Source: Mustelus asterias | Taxonomy: Eukaryota | Length of the DNA: 64,000 bases | NCBI RefSeq assembly: GCF_964213995.1 | Contig: NW_027590198.1 | Span: 62,001-126,000 of the forward strand | Direction of reading: 5' to 3' | Shown here: in pieces, positions 61,916 through 64,000 of the stretch | How positions within the stretch are numbered: the stretch's first letter is position 1 | Layout: every line of letters begins with the position of its first letter | Position numbers and translations under genes: made by a program | Notes under the pieces: model-generated | Told to the model about the DNA's origin: nothing | The model's input: the letters and a program-made list of their open reading frames with translations, nothing else | The model's database searches: none

Positions 61916-63289
61916 TCATTGCTCAACATTATGTGAATCTCGATGTTACATCAACTCAAATGCTTTTCGGAAAATCAGAAATGCTGTTATTTAGGATGCA
62001 ATGGCAGGAAATAAATGTTTGTACTGTTTGTACATATATTCGCAACTCGTTCAGTCCGCAACAAAATTTAGTGCGTTTACCGGTGCAGACTAACAGATTT
62101 ATAAAATCACCATCTGAAACATGTCTACCAGTAATGCGGGCTCATAAAGACAGACACAAGTGAAACTGTAACTGAACTAGAGGAAATGGCACACATTGCT
62201 TCGAAGCTTATTTTTAAAATCGTTCTTCCGAATAAAGAAAAAGGAAAAAGCACTCAGACAGATGAGGAAATCGAGAATCAGTGCGGAACTGCTGGGCCTC
62301 CTGTCGATGAAAGATATTTAAGCGCCAGAATGTTTCACACACCGAATAAAGAAGGATCACGTATAACTAACAGATCATTCTTAAATCTCTTCCCTTGAAA
62401 GATATTTGCTTTTGTTTGAAAGCTGACTTTGGTCAATTTCAAAAAGTACCATGGGATGTGTATTTCCCAGTGACTCGCGCTCTTTTGTTGATTCGCCATG
62501 CTTGCAATTCAATGTTGTCTATTTCAGAGATATTCAATTCAGAATGAGGACATTTGTGTTAAATAAATGTATTGAAGTTAAAGGTTGAATCAAAAGAACC
62601 GGGAAGATACAATGTGATGGGATGGGATTTATTTTCTCCGCCCATTTGCATATCGGCAAATATTCACTTTCTGCAAAAAGATGCCATGATTTTCGGTAAG
62701 CGATCAGAGAGCGCCCTCCGTGGACAGTACAACAGCATTGGAAACAGACGGAATACCAAGAGCCCACAAATGTACACTCAGAGACATATCCAGTGCAGCT
62801 ACAACATTGGACAAGAGGAATCATCCGCTCAACATCCACACTGTTGGCACCCCTTCGCGTTTTAAAGCTTTCAGTCAATTTGCCTCTTACTCTTCTGAAC
62901 TCCCGTGGATACAAACCTGACGTCAACATCCTTTCCTCATCAGATCACCCGCTCAGAGCTGGTGATGGTTTCGTAAAACTCCTCTGAACTTTTTCTCATG
63001 CATTAACATATTTCTTAAGATAAGGAGACAAGTAGTGTGCACAATATTTGATATATATCCAATGCCCTCGCCAATGCCCAATTTTACGATCTATCCTTGT
63101 GTCGTCAGCAGATATAACATCCATATCTTCACTGCCTTCATCACTGCAGAAATCATCCCACTTTAATGCTTTTTGACAAATTCAGCCAGAATGTATTTGT
63201 TCAGATCAAATCGTTTTTCGTCAACTTGCTTGAGTTTAATGCTGAACAACAGAGATGGTTTGTGAGGGTATTTCTCTTAATGGGCGTCC

Positions 63290-64000
63290 AAAGGTCATGT
63301 GATATGGTGCTACATCACAGCTTGTGAGTAAATGTGGAGATCAGAGAATAAAATGGATAGGAGCAACACGGATAGGAAATTGGCTGAGTGCCAGGAAACA
63401 ACTCATAGCTGTTTTTCGGACTGGAACAAAGTTTGCAGTGAAGGTGCCAGGAACAGGTTATATGACTCTTGATCTTCCCGGCATAGTAATGGCCGAGAGC
63501 TTGGTATGGAGGTCAGACTTTCAAAATCTGTGTATAATGCAAAACATGGAAACATTGCCAACCATCAGAAGACCGAGCAGAACTTCAGAACGAAAAAAAA
63601 ACTAATTTGTGGAATTGTCCTGCAATTAGGAGATTTAATTGATTGCATGTAAAGTTACATGATTAGTTTTGTTAAGCAGAATGCGAAGTGACAAAGGGAA
63701 ATGATGAAAACGCTATGAATGTGGCGGTAAGACGCCGAGGGACCTGAGTGAATATGTGCATAGATCATTCATGGTGGAAGATAGTTTGAAAGAGCGGAAA
63801 AGAAAATAGTTAACAGTCTTTGTTGGGGAAAAGAATACAGAAGCAAGGAAGTTATGCTAAATTTGTAAAAAGCACTGGAAAATAGTCAACTGAAAAATTG
63901 CGTCAAATTCTGGGCACCAAACGTAAGGAGAAATGTAAAGCTAATAGGCTGGATGCAGGGGGAAAATACGAGATTAGTTCCAGAGATCAGAAACTTCAGT
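63290..64000 (+). mobile_element. Old, highly decayed CR1 fragment
   Basis: Residual RIGNWL and gaagcaaggaagttatgctaaatttgta...ttctgggcacca motifs. Confidence 0.6.

Larger units (their letters stand above)
54785..62590 (+). repeat. Tandem array of five ~1.25-kb tRNA-Val-containing units
   Basis: tRNA-Val starts at 54785, 56356, 57610, 60225 and 61479 (spacing is exactly 1254 twice; longer intervals contain insertions). Spacers are alignable between units. Confidence 0.92.

Noticed and set aside
54785-62590. CRISPR-like or rDNA array
   Set aside because: Units are ~1.25 kb with homologous spacers and tRNA-Val. No short repeat-spacer structure or rRNA sequence.

Overview
Eukaryotic DNA, almost certainly a shark or other elasmobranch, judged from HE1/V-SINE and CR1 retroposons and a NAR-TCR-type V gene. 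The window is part of the variable-segment array of the T-cell receptor alpha/delta locus. I find 13 V segments or relics. Four look intact, with leader exon, V exon and 22/23-spacer RSS: 5135, 10070, 35904 and 48028. One has an intact V exon but no usable leader (31006). Eight are pseudogenes or fragments. V genes are mostly on + up to 33 kb and all on - after 35 kb. A decayed NAR-TCR cassette (IgNAR-like V plus its own J, no visible D) lies at 24.1-25.0 kb. An intact two-exon GPR139/GPR142-like GPCR gene sits inside the V array (18732-20852, -). The right end is a ~1.25-kb tandem repeat carrying degenerate tRNA-Val genes, and tRNA-Pro (intron-containing) and tRNA-Arg pseudogenes are scattered among the V genes. 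Penelope-like fragments carry minimal hammerhead ribozymes, two of them intact. No TCR constant exon, D segment or CRISPR array was seen. Most individual components belong to known families. The arrangement is what is unusual, and nothing here can be shown to be a wholly new system without database searches.
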